The position numbers were made by a program, and so were the translations under genes. Shown here piece by piece: positions 26,268-41,125 of a stretch of DNA of 64,000 bases. Location of the stretch: NCBI RefSeq assembly GCF_006345805.1, contig NC_043006.1, forward strand, positions 9,052,001-9,116,000, written 5' to 3'. The stretch's first letter is position 1. Every line of letters starts with the position of its first letter. The stretch comes from Octopus sinensis. Its lineage: Eukaryota. Below the pieces are notes generated by a model, which was given only the letters and a program-made list of their open reading frames with translations, made no database searches and had not been told where the DNA came from.

Positions 26268-28144
26268 TATACGTTTAATTAATTAGATTTTCTTGGTTTA
26301 GTTACAATTTCACCAATTTTACTCTTACAAGTTATTGTTGTAGAAGTATTTTACCTCGTTTCCTTATAAAATAAGTGTTCATATCACTCTAGTTGAAAAT
26401 TAGGGATATCTTAAATGCTATAGTCTGTCTTTTGCATTCCAATTCTTACCTACTAGATTCTGTACAAGATTCTATTGATTTTCCCCTGTTATGTCAATTG
26501 ATATCCACCTTAGAGAGGACTTACATATTTTGGATATGAGTAAAATCGATTAGATCGAATCCAATCCTCAAAAGGTACTTATTGTATCGACAGTGTAACT
26601 ATCAAAGGCCAAGTCGAGTTCGATGAGAATTGCATTCTGAATTCAGAATAAAAATACACGTAATTAAATACCGTAATATATTTTATTCCCCACTAATATT
26701 TCATCAACTTATTACTGTCGGTTATTAATACGATATTGCATATTCTGTTATTAGTACTAAGGTTAATATATGCTATCTATTGGATGGCGCTAATACGGTT
26801 TGTGTCAAGCTACATAAGTGAGTATCAACAGACGCTTAGTCGAAGTATTTGATTTATGCAAGTATGAACAAACGTCAACAGCCAATACACAATGATAGGC
26901 ATGAATTTTTTTCTTAATAGAATTTTCTTTTTTATACCAGCCAATTCAGGATATAGAGATAAAATATAAATTATTGTTTTTAAAAATAAAATTTGTATCA
27001 TAAACCATTAGGAATTTGTGGGTATTTCATTCATACCTCAGCATGATGAAAACCTCCATAATGTTATTCCACCCTAATCCAATTTACAAGAAAATTCATC
27101 CACGTTTATGCATACAGGTTCGATAAAATCATAGTAAATATATGCTACGCAGCAAGCGCTCAGGTACTTTGTATTCAGTGTACAAATACCGCCGACGACA
27201 AATTTGACTTTCATTATTTCGAAGAGGATATGAGTACATCTCCAATGCTGGGATCAACATGAACTACCTATAATTGCTGATCCTAAGTAAAATAATTTAT
27301 TTCACGAAGATTGTAATGAAGGAAATAAAACAAAGTTAACAATGAAAATAAGTATTGTTTATTCCAATATAAGACCTTGGGAAAGGTGCTTCTTGAAATA
27401 AATATCAACAGGATTATCACAGAAAAGTTTGAAAGAAACTGTCAATACTATTATGTACAGCACAACCTACTACATTATAGGTGACTGCAGGGATTCTCTT
27501 ATGAAATAATCTTGCGGGCACTCAGAAGAATCATATCAGTTGCATTTTTGCGGCTGATTGGACTCGTGACTGACACGGACTGATTCGATTTTGGGATCGA
27601 TCTGGCATCGGACAAGGATGCTGGATTATTCATACTTACATTACTTTACATGAAGTACTACGATCTTACGTTGACTTTCAAGTCTTTCTCTGATTATCTT
27701 CCTTGAATATACACTCATGGTTTCCACGTAAGCTATGGTAGCGTTGCTGTTTTCCCCCAAAAAAATTTCTGGCGTCTCTATCTTAATAGAATCTCATCGA
27801 TAAAGAAATCAAACTACATAAACAAATGGCAGCAAAACCGTTTACAAATTAAATAACATTCAGTAAAAATATTAAATTTAATTCATCCTCGCCAATTTTT
27901 AGTTTGACCAATTTTGAACATATTGCTCCTGTTTTAAACCTCTTACCTACTTGACAATTGCCTTTCTAGTTCTGGCCTGAAGAAAGCTTTGCTTCTTGGA
28001 TTCACGCTTTTGAGCGCAACGATGTTGTTAAAGGTCCTTTCCCCTTTCTTCCACGCACGGATAAAGTTTTCACTATAGACCTTAATATTCGTAAAATCTC
28101 TATATCAGAGGATAGGCCCCAAAAATATTATCATTGTTATTAAA

Positions 28145-28335
28145 GAGGCAAGCCGGAAGAATCGGTTGCACTCTGAACTGGGCGCTTAGTGGCACTTCCA
28201 CTCTCTTTACGTTCAGAGTTCAAATTAAGCCTTGTTTTCATAATTTGGGGGACGATAAATTAAACACCACTGACTAAGGAGTGGACGAACTCGACAACAT
28301 TTACCCCAAGATTTCAGGTCTTGTGTCTATAGTAA
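28145..28335 (+). mobile_element. Degenerate SINE family C
   Basis: TTTACGTTCAGAGTTCAAAT and GGGGACGATAAATTAA remnants. Confidence 0.6.
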
Positions 28336-28344
28336 AAGTTTTGT

Positions 28345-28495
28345 CGTCATCATCATCATCATCATCATCATCCTTCTTCTTCTTCTCTTCTTCTTCTTCT
28401 TCTTCTTCTTCTTCTTCTTCTTCTTCTTCTTCTTCTTCTTCTCTTTCTTCTTCTCTTCTTCTCTTCTTCTTCTTCTTCTTCTTCTTCTTCTTCTT

Positions 28496-28526
<31 letters not shown>

Positions 28527-28545
28527 TTATTATTATTATTATTAA
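28345..28545. repeat. Compound (CAT)n(CTT)n(ATT)n microsatellite
   Basis: Direct reading. Confidence 0.95.
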
Positions 28546-28547
28546 AA

Positions 28548-28745
28548 CGGGCAGGGTAGAAAGCTAGCAGGACGCAAGACAAAAAAATGCTTAGCGGCGT
28601 TTCGCCCGTCCTGAAGTTCTGGGATCAAGTTCTGCCGAGGTTGTCTTTGCATTTCATTCTTTAGCAGCAGTTACGCACTGGGATCGATGTAACCCCTGCA
28701 GACCACCCCCCCACGATCTTCAGGCCTTCTGCCTATAATAAAACA
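28548..28745 (+). mobile_element. Degenerate SINE family C
   Basis: AAATGCTTAGCGGCGTTTCGCCCG..GCCGAGGTTGTCTTTGC..CAGTTACGCACTGGGATCGATGTAA. Confidence 0.65.
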
Positions 28746-28759
28746 TTTTAATATTATTG

Positions 28760-28777
28760 TCATTATTATTATTATTG

Positions 28778-28838
<61 letters not shown>

Positions 28839-28841
28839 TAC

Positions 28842-28884
<43 letters not shown>

Positions 28885-28896
28885 GTTATTATTATA

Positions 28897-28983
<87 letters not shown>

Positions 28984-28985
28984 TT
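28760..28985. repeat. (ATT)n(AGT)n microsatellite
   Basis: Direct reading. Confidence 0.95.
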
Positions 28986-30769
28986 GTTGATATGATTGTT
29001 GTTACTGCATTAGCGTCGTCCTACATATAGTTATGTTGGAGGGAAAGATGCTCTTTTTTTCTGAAATTGGCGATTCTGGTTGTCTGTGACGAGAACAGAA
29101 ATGCCAAATTACACACTATTACCATAGTTTTACTCCTTACTTCATTATAGATTCAACATGGAGTTGAATTTAGATGTATTCCTTAGATCGGCTATCCATA
29201 AGTCCATTACTCACAAGGCTATGTTTTCGTTATCACTTCACATTTAGTTTGCAATCTACATAAAAAGAGATCTAAAATATATAAATCAAATACTGCAGAT
29301 TTATGAAAAAAATATTTTTTCATGGTTATCAGGTCAATATCTTTAATAGGGTTTGCAGAACCATATCTGATATATTATTCCATATTCATTTTATATATTT
29401 ATACATTCATATATTTATGAGTCTACATTTGCCCAGTTATTCCAATATCTTTTTTGTTTATATTCTTCCGTATGCATAAACACACACACGCACAAAATAT
29501 ATACACAATATAAACACACTCACACAAACACACATGCACAGATGCACACATATTCTCTCAAATTATCCGTTGCGTTACAGTCATAACATATTCTCTTTAT
29601 CGTCTGCTCTTTATACCCAAATCGTCTGCTGATTTTGAATTCGGTCGCCTGTGCTTTTCAATAGATAACTTCGTCTACCCTTTTTTTTTATATATATATA
29701 AAACCTCTACTTAAATGCCAAAAGAGAATTATTACTGACATAAATCTCAAATAGTTTAGTTATATTTTTTTGAGCATTGGGGCAGTCATGTCTTGTAATC
29801 AGATTGTCTTTGTTATAGATATTAAAATTCACTGAGTTTTGACCGATTCATTTATATATCGCACGTAACGATTCTGCATAAATCAGACATTACAAAATCT
29901 GCTTCCTTATATTCTGCTCTCCCCTCTCTTTCTCTCTCTGTTTCTCTCTTTCTCCCATGAGTTACGTCTCTATTTCTATAGTGGTATAAACATGACTCTG
30001 ATCAATTCGTCTTGATACATTGATATCTTCACTAATGCAAGATCATTGCCAAAGATAATGCTGTCCGTCTACTGATTGCACTATCAATACCACTATCGAT
30101 ATCGGCTACCGTTTTATTTCATTTCTCACCTTCGTCATTATTCACTTAGTAATGTTTCAAACCCCAGCACCACATTTGCCGCCGCAATCATCATTATCAT
30201 AGTCATTATTATCAACATCAGTAAAACTACAAAGGAAGCCGCATTCCCCACCATCAACACCAATATCACCACCAACTCCATCATCCTCATCATCATCATT
30301 ATTAACGCCATACTATTAACATACCATATTCAGTGACACATTTTCGAGTTGCACAAAGTGTTGTACGCAAACCACTGAAGGAATTAATAATTAGTTTCAT
30401 GTTTTCCTCACATTAGCATATAAGTGTAGCTCAGCAAATAATCTAACATCTTTAAATATCTCACGTCTCAATTTAAATCTTATGTTTTATCACACTATTA
30501 TCTTCTTTGAAGTGGAAGTTGGCAAAACTGTCAATACGATCTTCAGTGATTTGTAAATACCTCAAATAATTTTGATTGAAATAAAATATTAGTAAACCGC
30601 TATGGAATTTCAAATCACAGGTTAAGCAATATATGTTCACTGTATTCCTCACACCTTTGAGTAACTGTCTTCTTCTGTATCCACGAATGATCACCGTTTC
30701 GTAGAATTTACTAACCGGAAATCTACAATTCTTCAACCTTCTGACATAGTTAACATTTGTACTTCCTAC

Positions 30770-30935
30770 CGTGGAGAGCTGATAGAATCGTTAGCCCATC
30801 GGGCGAACAGATTAATGGTATTTCGTTCGTCTTCACGTTCTGTGAACAAATGACATCGAGGACAATGTTGCCAGTCATCCTTGGGAGCTGAGGAAATAAG
30901 TATCAGTTGATTCAACGTAATCGACTAACCTGCTT
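30770..30935 (+). mobile_element. Degenerate SINE family C
   Basis: GAGAGCTGATAGAATCGTTAG head and AATAAGTATCAGTTG..GTAATCGACT remnants. Confidence 0.6.
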
Positions 30936-31587
30936 CCCAGAAAGTGACTTTCCTACACAGCAGAGTGAGCCAAAGCTAAACTTTACGAAGTAAAACAATG
31001 CAGTTAGTTCAACAATACGATAGCTTCGTCACTCTAACAGACTATGCATATAAATCGATAGGAAGTGACGGGTATAGTCATAGTTGGCCAACTCTAAATA
31101 TTTCGAATTATGAAAGATCCTGTGCATTTCACACATATGTTTTTATGTAAAACACTCAGGAACAAATTGTACAATTCATGATTTCCTGTAGTCATTAATA
31201 ATAAGTAAAATAGCTTCAACAGGAAATCGAATGATGTTGCTGTTTAGATAATTCCTACTTTAAATATTCCACATTCGACAAAATGCATGCCATTACATTT
31301 CGAGGTGCAATGAGGGGCTTCCAATGTTATTATTTAATTAAAATATGTTTTCTCGTGAAATACACACGTAAATTATTTGGTCACTAACTTCAAAGAGATT
31401 GACATTGAGTGATTAAAATTTTACCGAGCCTCCATTGCAAAACAACTCTGGGGTTTATTCATTAGCAAATTAAATCTTTAGGAAATAAACAAATTTGACC
31501 TGGAAACAAATATTGAGATTACTAGAGTGCAATGCCCATTAGGGAGGTGAGTTCATATAGTGCTGTTGTCGTTGTTGTTGCTGGTGG

Positions 31588-31618
<31 letters not shown>

Positions 31619-32971
31619 GGTGTTGATTACGATAGGCGTAAATATTTTCTTGATATTGTTATTGGTTTCATCATTGTCATATCTCGCAATTAAGATTTTA
31701 AATTCTGTACAAAAACACTAAATGAAACCCTGACATATTTCTACCCAGATAATCCATCAATGAAAATATACATACACATCGGTGTAAAGATGGTTTCTTG
31801 AATTCGAAATGAACAACATCATATGAGATAAGATGAACGTTTCAGAATAATATATAGAGAAATATTAGATTCTATAAGATGTTAGTAGTAAATTGCATTG
31901 ACAGGAAGAGCTATTACTAGACATACTTATATACAAATAACTCGTGATTACATTAAAAAAGGAGGCACTGACCTAGTAGCTTTTGCACAATTGTGTTCAG
32001 ATACAAGTGATCTGTTTAAAAATTACGTCTGTAGTCTCCAAGATGTGGCACAATCTTAACGTCAAAAGTCACACACAACGTAGTCATGGATTTGTTTAGT
32101 TGTTGGAAAATCACAACTAAATTGTCTACTAAATTGGCTGAAACAAAACCGTATCTTGCATTTCTTTACCTATGGGGAAAGTGTATTCACTTAAACCTTT
32201 CACATAGTAATATGTTTAACTTTATACATTGTGACTATTTTATTACACAACTGATTATTTTTATAACACATACAAGGATTTATTTTTCTTCTAAATGCCA
32301 TTATTTCCCCTTAAATTATTGCAAAAGCTGATGACTTACGGCTGATAGTGATGAATTGTAGACATTCTGTATAAAGGAATGAGAGTTAGCAGGAATTACT
32401 GTTCCTTACGTAAACTTTTGTATTTTATCAGTGCAAGAATTCAGTCAACTCATTACAGATTATGTAACGTTAGCATTTGTTGTAACAGTATAAGGTCGCA
32501 AAGATAAGTGTACCGGAGTTCACATGCTTAAATTCACCATTAAAATGTTCCGCTTTTGCAGATTGGTAAATCCAAACTACTCGCTACTTTAGCATTAACA
32601 ATTATTTCTAGATTCAGCGAAAGTATTTACAGGCTGTTACAGCATTCTAACTACGTATTATGTAGACGTCTATGTTCTATCTAAAAAGTGATTCTCTGTG
32701 ATGCCGTATACAATGTTATGCTTAAGTTGAATGTAATGCAATTAAATAACACAACTCGATCGAATAAATTCCACACATACGTGTATAATAAGTCACACGC
32801 ACATACAATTGCATTAGTTGTATGAATTCTTTTATATGTATGCACAAATATATGTGTGTGTGTACGCGCCTGTGTGTGTACACATCGGCCGATAGCTAGC
32901 TAAAACAATAGATAGATAGACAGATACATGCATACAAGCATGCGTACATGCATATATACTTACATATATAT

Positions 32972-33204
32972 ATTTCTTTAATGCCCACAAGGAGCTAAAA
33001 CATAGAGGGGACAAACAAGGACAGACAAAGGGATTACGTCAATTACATCGAGCCCAGTGTGACACTGGTACTTTCATTTATCAACCCCGAAAGGATGAAA
33101 GGCAAAGTCGACCTCGGCGGAATTTGAGCTCAGAACGCAACGACAGACGAAATACGGCAACGGATTTCGCCCGGCGTACTAACGTTTCTGCCAGCTCGTC
33201 GCCA
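32972..33204 (-). mobile_element. SINE family C, full length
   Basis: Reverse complement closely matches 15213-15441. Confidence 0.9.
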
Positions 33205-33207
33205 TAC

Positions 33208-33321
<114 letters not shown>

Positions 33322-34830
33322 TATATACATGCATACAAACAGACATAACTGAATAGATTAAATTTAGGATAAAAAGGTTTGTCTCAATTATTAGCAACTC
33401 AGCTCCTATCTTCTGAATCAAAATACATTATTTCAATGAAGATATTATATCGTAGTCGAGATATATCGAATATCTAGCGAAATCTGCTACCAATAACAAG
33501 TAAGTTTGAGTATAAAGAATATATTTATTAAAATTCATGCAAACGATATGCTTGTATTTGTATGCGTGCCGGTATGCGTTTGCGTGTTCAAGAGAGGCAC
33601 ATATACATGTTTCTCTAAACACTCACCAACAATGTATTTTTAGGAATAAAATGTATTATGTATTTGCAAATGTAATATATATATATATATATAAATATAT
33701 ATAGACACACATACACACCCACTTACACACCTATACATACACACACAAATACATACGCATGCACACACATATATGTGTATATATATATATATATGTATGT
33801 ATGTGTACACACCTGCACAGATATACGTACATCAAATATTTGTATATGATTATGTAAGTGAGGTTGTATCTAATTAATATGCTAATATATACAGATGAGG
33901 TGGGTAAATAGATAGGTAAGATATCAGCCGAGTCAATAACAATTCCTCAATATTTGTATATATATATATGTTTTCACTCTTTATCCCCCCCCCGCTCTTT
34001 AGTCGTTGAACTATAGCGGGGTGACACGGGTTCGTGTTTGTTTTACTTATGTTAATATTGACTTTATTTAATCAATATAAAACACATCTGCAAGTGAAGA
34101 TGAAACATTAATATTTCATGAATCATATTTTTGCATAAATATTAAATTTATATCTTGCAAAAACAGAGATAATAAAACTAAGCGTATGTATGTGTATACG
34201 CTTATGTGTATGTAGGTGCTTTTTTCTTTTGTGTGTGTATGTGTGTGTGCGCGTGTGTGTGTGCGTGTGTGTGTGCGTTTGTGTATGTGTGTGTGTGTAT
34301 GTTATGAGTGGGCATATATCTCTGTGTGTATTACTGTGTTGAAATTTAATATTATACGTTAAACTTTTGTCACAGCTGCTGCTGAGACGACGCGTTTGGT
34401 AGTGCAGTTGCTACGGCTGCTGCTTCTGATAATGATAATGATGATGCTCGTGAATATTACGATGATGACGATGTTGGGTACTGCGGGGAACAGAAAGAAA
34501 CACTGCAAAGACGAAGATGACAATGATGATGATGATGATGATGATGATGAAAATATCGATAGCGATTGTGATCCCATATGTATTAGAATTGAGAGATGAG
34601 TTGTAAAGTGCAAATATCTGCAAGGTGACGTCGACTATTCTGCGGATGCTATCAATTGCGTTGTAGGTGAGGATTTAAAATTTGGGTAAGAGAAGCAGGA
34701 AGTTCGGTGGCATCGCCATATGAACCATGAATTAAAAAAAAATATTCATACATACATTCATACATACATACATACATACATACATACATACATACATACA
34801 CACATATATATATACACATATATATATACA

Positions 34831-34877
<47 letters not shown>

Positions 34878-34977
34878 ACACACTCACACATATATATATG
34901 TATATATATATTTACATATACATGAATATATATATATATATATATACATACACACGCACAGATACACACACATATAT

Positions 34978-35103
<126 letters not shown>

Positions 35104-35109
35104 ATATAT

Positions 35110-35143
<34 letters not shown>

Positions 35144-35144
<1 letters not shown>

Positions 35145-35258
35145 GCGTATACCTGTGTACCAGATTGTGAATGTCTATGTGCATGCGTGCGTTGTTTTAT
35201 GTGTTGTAAGAGGTGCGGGTGATGGATACATGAATAACGTTGGAGCACGGGAGGAAAT
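35144..35258 (+). repeat. 115-bp unclassified dispersed repeat, copy 1 (copy 2 at 38444-38558)
   Basis: TGCGTATACCTGTGTACC..TTGTAAGAGGTG.GGGTGATGGATACAT..CACGGGAGGAAAT shared by both copies. Confidence 0.8.
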
Positions 35259-35524
35259 GCTTTTTGATCATTTTGTCCTTTAATTTAAGTTAAACTTGCG
35301 AGATAATAAAAGAGTATAAACCAAAATGGATTTGTGTGCAAGGAAGCTGCGTGGGGGAGTATATCGCAGCAAGTGTGTAATAAAAAACATGCGCAGAATC
35401 ATAACGGTTAATGTGACATAGCAATTAAAAGTGATATAAGAATCGAAATTTGCTGTGTAATGAAAAAAATATGATATGAATGCTAATACAACATACATAC
35501 ATAAAAATATGCTACACAAAAATA

Positions 35525-36318
35525 GGCGCAGGAGTGGCTCTGTGTGGTAAGTAGCTTGCTAACCAACCACACGGTTCCGGGTTCAGTCCCACTGCGTGGC
35601 ATCTTGGGCATGTGTCTCCTGCTATAGCCCCGGGCCGACCAATGCCTTGTGAGTGGATTTGGTAGACGGAAACTGAAAGACGCCTGTCGTATATATGTAT
35701 ATATATATATATACACTACCGTCAGAAATTAATTAGCACCCTTGATTTGCTCTTCACTCAAGGTATGTGCTGTCACCTAGTGGCCACATCTCGAACTATT
35801 GCTTTGTTGCGAGTTCACTGTTGCGCAGAACGATGACGTAACTTTGTTTGCAGAGCAGTTTGAGAGTCTACAGCCTTATGATGTTGACATAGCAGTGTAA
35901 CAACAACTTGGAGTGCGGATGCAGACAAATCTTCCTTTGTTTAATAGATATAGGTAGCGCCTCGCAAGGACCGAAATCACACCATACTAAGTTTTCTCAT
36001 CGCGTAAGACCTTTTGAACAGCTCATATGTTAATTGATTTAACCTATTTAATGTAGAAATTTGAGAAGTGCTAATTAATATCTGACGCAAGTGTATATAT
36101 ATGTGTGCGTGTATTTGTGTGTCTGTATTTATCCCCCTAGCATTGCTTGACAACCGATGTTGGTGTGGTGTGTTTACGTCCCCGTCACTTAGCGGTTCGG
36201 CACAACAGACCGATAGAATAAGTACTGGGCTTACAAAGAACAAGTCCCGGGTTCGATTTGCTCGACTAAAGGCGGTGCACCAGCATGGCCGTAGTCAAAT
36301 GACTGAAACAACTAAAAA
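35525..36318 (+). mobile_element. SINE family A split by a MITE inserted in its internal TA tract
   Basis: 5' half 35525-35713 and 3' half 36094-36318 are collinear on the + strand. Confidence 0.9.
35714..36093. mobile_element. 380-bp Tc1/mariner-type MITE with 26-bp TIRs and TA flanks
   Basis: Left CACTACCGTCAGAAATTAATTAGCAC versus reverse complement of right end CACTTGCGTCAGATATTAATTAGCAC; TA on both sides; no ORF. Confidence 0.85.
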
Positions 36319-36497
36319 AAAAATACAAGCATGCCCACATGAAAGTGTATCAAAAAAGGTAGGCAGAGTTCAGTGCGACATACAAACATAATCGGAACCA
36401 ATAGGAGTCCTCGTGCTACTGCAGCTTTCTGTATAGTAAGACGTATGGACAGGGGACTGCGATCAAAATTATAGAAACACGCAATATACAGAAAATT

Positions 36498-36885
36498 GGA
36501 GGCGCAATGGCCCAGTGGTTAGGGCAGCGGACTCGCGGTCATAGGATCGCGGTTTCGATTCCCAGACCGGGCGTTGTGAGTGTTTATTGAGCGAAAACAC
36601 CTAAAAAGCTCTATGAGGCTCCGGCAGTGGATGGTGGTGATCCCTGCTGTACTCTTTCACCACAACTTTCTCTCACTCTTACTTCCTGTTTCTGTTGTGC
36701 CTGTATTTCAAAGGGCCGGCCTTGTCACTCTCTGTGTGACGCTGAATATCCCAGAGAACTACGTTAAGGGTACACGTGTCTGTGGAGTGCTCAGCCACTT
36801 ACACGTTAATTTCCCGAGCAGGCTGTTCCGTTGATTCGGATCAACCGGAACCCTCGTCGTCGTAACCGACGGAGTGCTTCCATCC
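36498..36885 (+). mobile_element. SINE family B (tRNA head, Nin/Deu-like central domain)
   Basis: GGAGGCGCAATGGCCCAGTGGTTAG A-box-like and GGTTTCGATTCCC B-box-like head; GCTGAATATCCC.GAGAACTAC..TTAATTTC.CGAGCAGG body; copies at 57474 and 62090; domain name tentative. Confidence 0.85.
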
Positions 36886-36959
36886 ATACAGAAAAGTGAC
36901 GTATGTGCTGGCATAATTGTTGGCACGCCTGGTATTTCTTCCATCTTTACATTCTGGAT

Positions 36960-37070
36960 TCACCATTTCAGGGTCGATGAAATAACTACCGATTGAGTAA
37001 CGGGGTTGGCGTAATCGACTTAACCCTTCCCCCGAAATATCTGACGGTATGCCGAAATCTGAAACCGATA
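36960..37070 (+). mobile_element. SINE family C 3' fragment
   Basis: GGGTCGATGAAATAACTACC..GTAATCGACTTAACCCTTCCCCCGAAAT. Confidence 0.55.
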
Positions 37071-38284
37071 TATATTTGGAATCATTCTAACACTGGGAGG
37101 ATATTCCGAAAAGCAGTTTTCAATATATAAAGGAATTAACATCAACTGGAAGTTTTAAATGATGTGAAATCGAGAATTGTAATATGTCATTGCGGTAAAA
37201 TGTGGACATGTAGACATGGCTCATACGATTTTGAGTGAAAATGGTTTATTAATAAGTCATCGCCTCGTTTAAAAACGTTTTTTTTTTTCTATTTTACACT
37301 GTTTGAACATATTTACACACACACATACATGTATAAATATATATGTACATATATATGCACATATATATATGTACATATCTGTGTGTGTATGTATAGTATA
37401 ATTTGCATGGAAATGACGTTACAGTAGCGCGTCAAAGGAATTTACTATTGTCTTCCCACTTTGTAGAAATTGAGGGCTTTGCTACACCTTCGCTGGTAAC
37501 ATAAATTGCTCACAATATACTTGGCTTGATCCATTCACAAAATTAAATCGTTTCCAGCGCGACCTCAATTTAATGAGTGAATTTAGTAACAAATAAAATA
37601 TTTAATGTTTAATTAGAAGATATGATAAGAAAGGGTATATAAAACGGATATAAAAGATTGATGCTTTTATAGAATAAATAATTACGTAAATATTTCTAAG
37701 ATAAGATATATTCGATGAATATAGCAAAATACCATTAGTTTTCGCGGCAATTATTTTTTTATCTGGCCAACAACATATGATAATGACCTAATCGATTATC
37801 TAACCTACAGTAATAGTGCTTTGAAACGTCACACTTTAGAGAAATTGAAATTGAATAGAGGAATTGGAAAACGAAAACTGAAGTAATGATACAAAATGCA
37901 CTTGAAAAGTAGGCAGTGGTGGATTGGTCAAATTATATGGGTTGCGAGATATGATAAGGTTTGATTGAAAAATAAATCTAGCTGGGAGAAATATTGATTG
38001 AAATACATAATAGGAATCATCGATCTGTCGCCCTGTTGCAGAGTCATTTTTATCTCTTTCCATCGCAATCGATATAAATACAAACACTTATAACATTTCT
38101 TTCCTTAATGTGACAGTGAAGAAATGAGAAGGAAATAAAAAATAAAAAATAGCATAATTTTACTACGCACACATGTTAACGACCTTCTTATCTCGCCTCC
38201 GCTCCTCCATCTTCTCTCTTCGTTTTCTTTAACATTCCATACTTCCCTCTTTCTCCACCAATCTCTTCCTTCCCCTTTTCCTGT

Positions 38285-38334
<50 letters not shown>

Positions 38335-38443
38335 CACGCATATACATTTCTTTCAATCTCTCTGTCTCTGTATATATATATATATATATTATATATATAT
38401 ATACATAACTCCACACATACACACACACAAATATACACATATG

Positions 38444-38558
38444 TGCGTATACCTGTGTACCTGATTGTGAATGACTTTGTGTATGCGTGTGTCGCTGCGT
38501 TTGTTGTAAGAGGTGTGGGTGATGGATACATAGATAACGATAGAACACGGGAGGAAAT
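38444..38558 (+). repeat. 115-bp unclassified dispersed repeat, copy 2
   Basis: Collinear with 35144-35258, offset 3300 bp. Confidence 0.8.
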
Positions 38559-41125
38559 ACACACATACATACATATAAAGACATGCATGTAGAGAGCTAC
38601 GGCTATGCAAAGGTACATGAAATACCGATGCCACACATACAAGACGCGTACAAGTCCCATATATATGCACAAATATACGCATGCGTGCATATATGCGTAC
38701 CTATATGCGTGTGTCTCTGTGTGTGTTTGCATGTAGGCAAGTGTGATTATGTATAAATGTTGCTAATCTATGGATCGTGGCTTTCGAAAATAGTTTTAAT
38801 AACACACCTTTATCCAGAGCAAATTGGACGAGATAATCTTGCTCATATAAAGAAGGAATTTATATCGTATATCGGATTAGTTTTTTGTAGTTAAAAACAC
38901 AGTAATCTCTATAGTAATCAAAGGAAAATATTTTCTGCAGTCTAATTTCTATTTTTATTAATTCTAATTTTATACTGAATAAGCATAAGAAATGTCTATC
39001 TTCTCTTATTGAGTTACTTTTGTACTCATGGCATCGGTTAACAGCATCGTTATAATCTTATTTGCGCTTCGCAAATATAATTAAGCTTCCACCCTTTTTG
39101 GATTGCATTTCTGGAGCAATTCCTTTGGAAATGACATTCGGAGGAAATCTTTAGAAGAATATTCTATTTACTTATACCACCTGTAATTAACGCTATCTTA
39201 ACTGGATAATATAAATAATAGCAATATTTTCTACCGTAAATTTGCTTTTGTGTATGTTTGTGTGTGTGTGAGTCTGTGTCTATGTGTGTGAGTTTATGTG
39301 TGCGTGTGTGCACGTGCGCATGCGTGTTTGTGCGTATGTATGTCTGTATTAATATATATATACTTTTGTGTGTATATTGATATACACTGAAATCTATTAT
39401 GAGAGATAAATTGCAGTGTATAATGACAGGGTTATTAACAGCGACAGTTATATAACATATGTAAAATGCCCATCATCAAGAACGGAAGAAAGAAACTTTC
39501 ACGCACATATACATTGTACACGTACACACACACGCACAGACAAATCAAATTCTAAACCCACATTCTCACAATCTTTCATTTATAAATATGGGTGTATCCT
39601 CGCACATGTGTTTGTCTATGTGTTTACGTGTGAGCTGGTCCGTATTTGGTAATCATTTTATGTAATTGTATTATTAAAAATAAATTAAATACGTAACAAT
39701 TACTTCAGCCTTTTTAAAATATTGACGAAAGCGTCCGTGCAAAAATTATTCATCTGTAAATCATTGAAATTTTATTGAAATTGAAAATGTAAATGGCTGA
39801 GTTGGAAATATGTTAATGTTTTGAAAAAACAAGGACATAATGGTGTTGTTGGCACTGACTTTTATTTCTGAAATGTCATAGCAACAAATATCTGTTTTCT
39901 TTTTGAAACAAAGCAGCTAGAAAACAAATGATTAGTTATCAATAAAATCGATGATTTACTAGGATTAAAGAATATTTCAGGCGTGTGGCAAGTAACGAAC
40001 ATATTATTGAAGAAGATAATGATTTCGCTGATTTTTGAAATCCATAATTACTGGAAAGTATCACTTTGATTCTCGTTTATTTCGATATAAGGGAAACGTT
40101 GTTTGAGTAGCATAGAGACAATTCAATTCTCTTTTATCAATAGAACTTCCTATAATTTTCTGCAATATTAGTGCCACTAAAAAGTAAGTGAATACCTGTG
40201 GAAAAATTTAAGTTTTACCAGATAAATAATGGGTCATTTGCCGATGTATATTTCATTGTCGTGCCTGGTTTAATATTATTTGACGTAACGTTTGTGTGAG
40301 TGCCTCTTCAATCTAGAAATCTCGCCACACATCATCTGGTTCATTCTCCATCTGAGTTTACAGTTAGCATTTAAATATTTACTCCGTAAATAAGGAGTCG
40401 ATCAAAAACGTACAGCATAACATGGAGTTGGTCTCGTATATTTTTTTATTGATTTTCATATTGTTGCATTACATACAGTAGTATACAGAGGATTTATTAT
40501 TTTGTAATGTTAGCAAGGTAGAGTTTTAGAGCGTTTCCCATAATTTATGTGGGTGACGTAAGTGTACTAAAAATCTCAAATTATTGTGACTATCGCTGCC
40601 AAATGCTCCAATAATGTTCAATTTTCAACGGCTCATCCCCGTTGCTATCTCACGTGTGCTTATAAATTTAAGTCGAAGTTATTTTCGTTGTCAGGCACAT
40701 CGAATCTGATAATAGTACACATCCTTTTGACCCTATGGCTGATAGCCAAACCTTCTGTTAACTAAAATCGAGCATGAATTAATGACCTGCATTAATACGA
40801 TTGTCAAATGTCAGCCACCAATATGATTTTGCCAATAATCCATATGCACTTCTGCGATAATCTTTGGTGAACAGTTGCATCGATGAAGAAAAATCAATAC
40901 ATTTTGACCTTAATAGAAATTGTTATAAAATTATAGAACATCCTATTTCTTTAAAGTAAAACAAATTCATGATTAATTGTATCATTGCGTATTATAATAA
41001 AAATTCCAAAAGCAAGTACAGTTTTTTTTTTGAGACTTTTTGCTTTCATTTCTGTTTGGATCTTTTTAACTAATGAAATATGTATTCAATAAACGTTGCA
41101 TCGAATATAATTATTTTAATATATA

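Noticed and set aside
36498-36580. tRNA-like sequences at SINE heads
   Set aside because: No complete cloverleaf or acceptor stem; each continues into a SINE body
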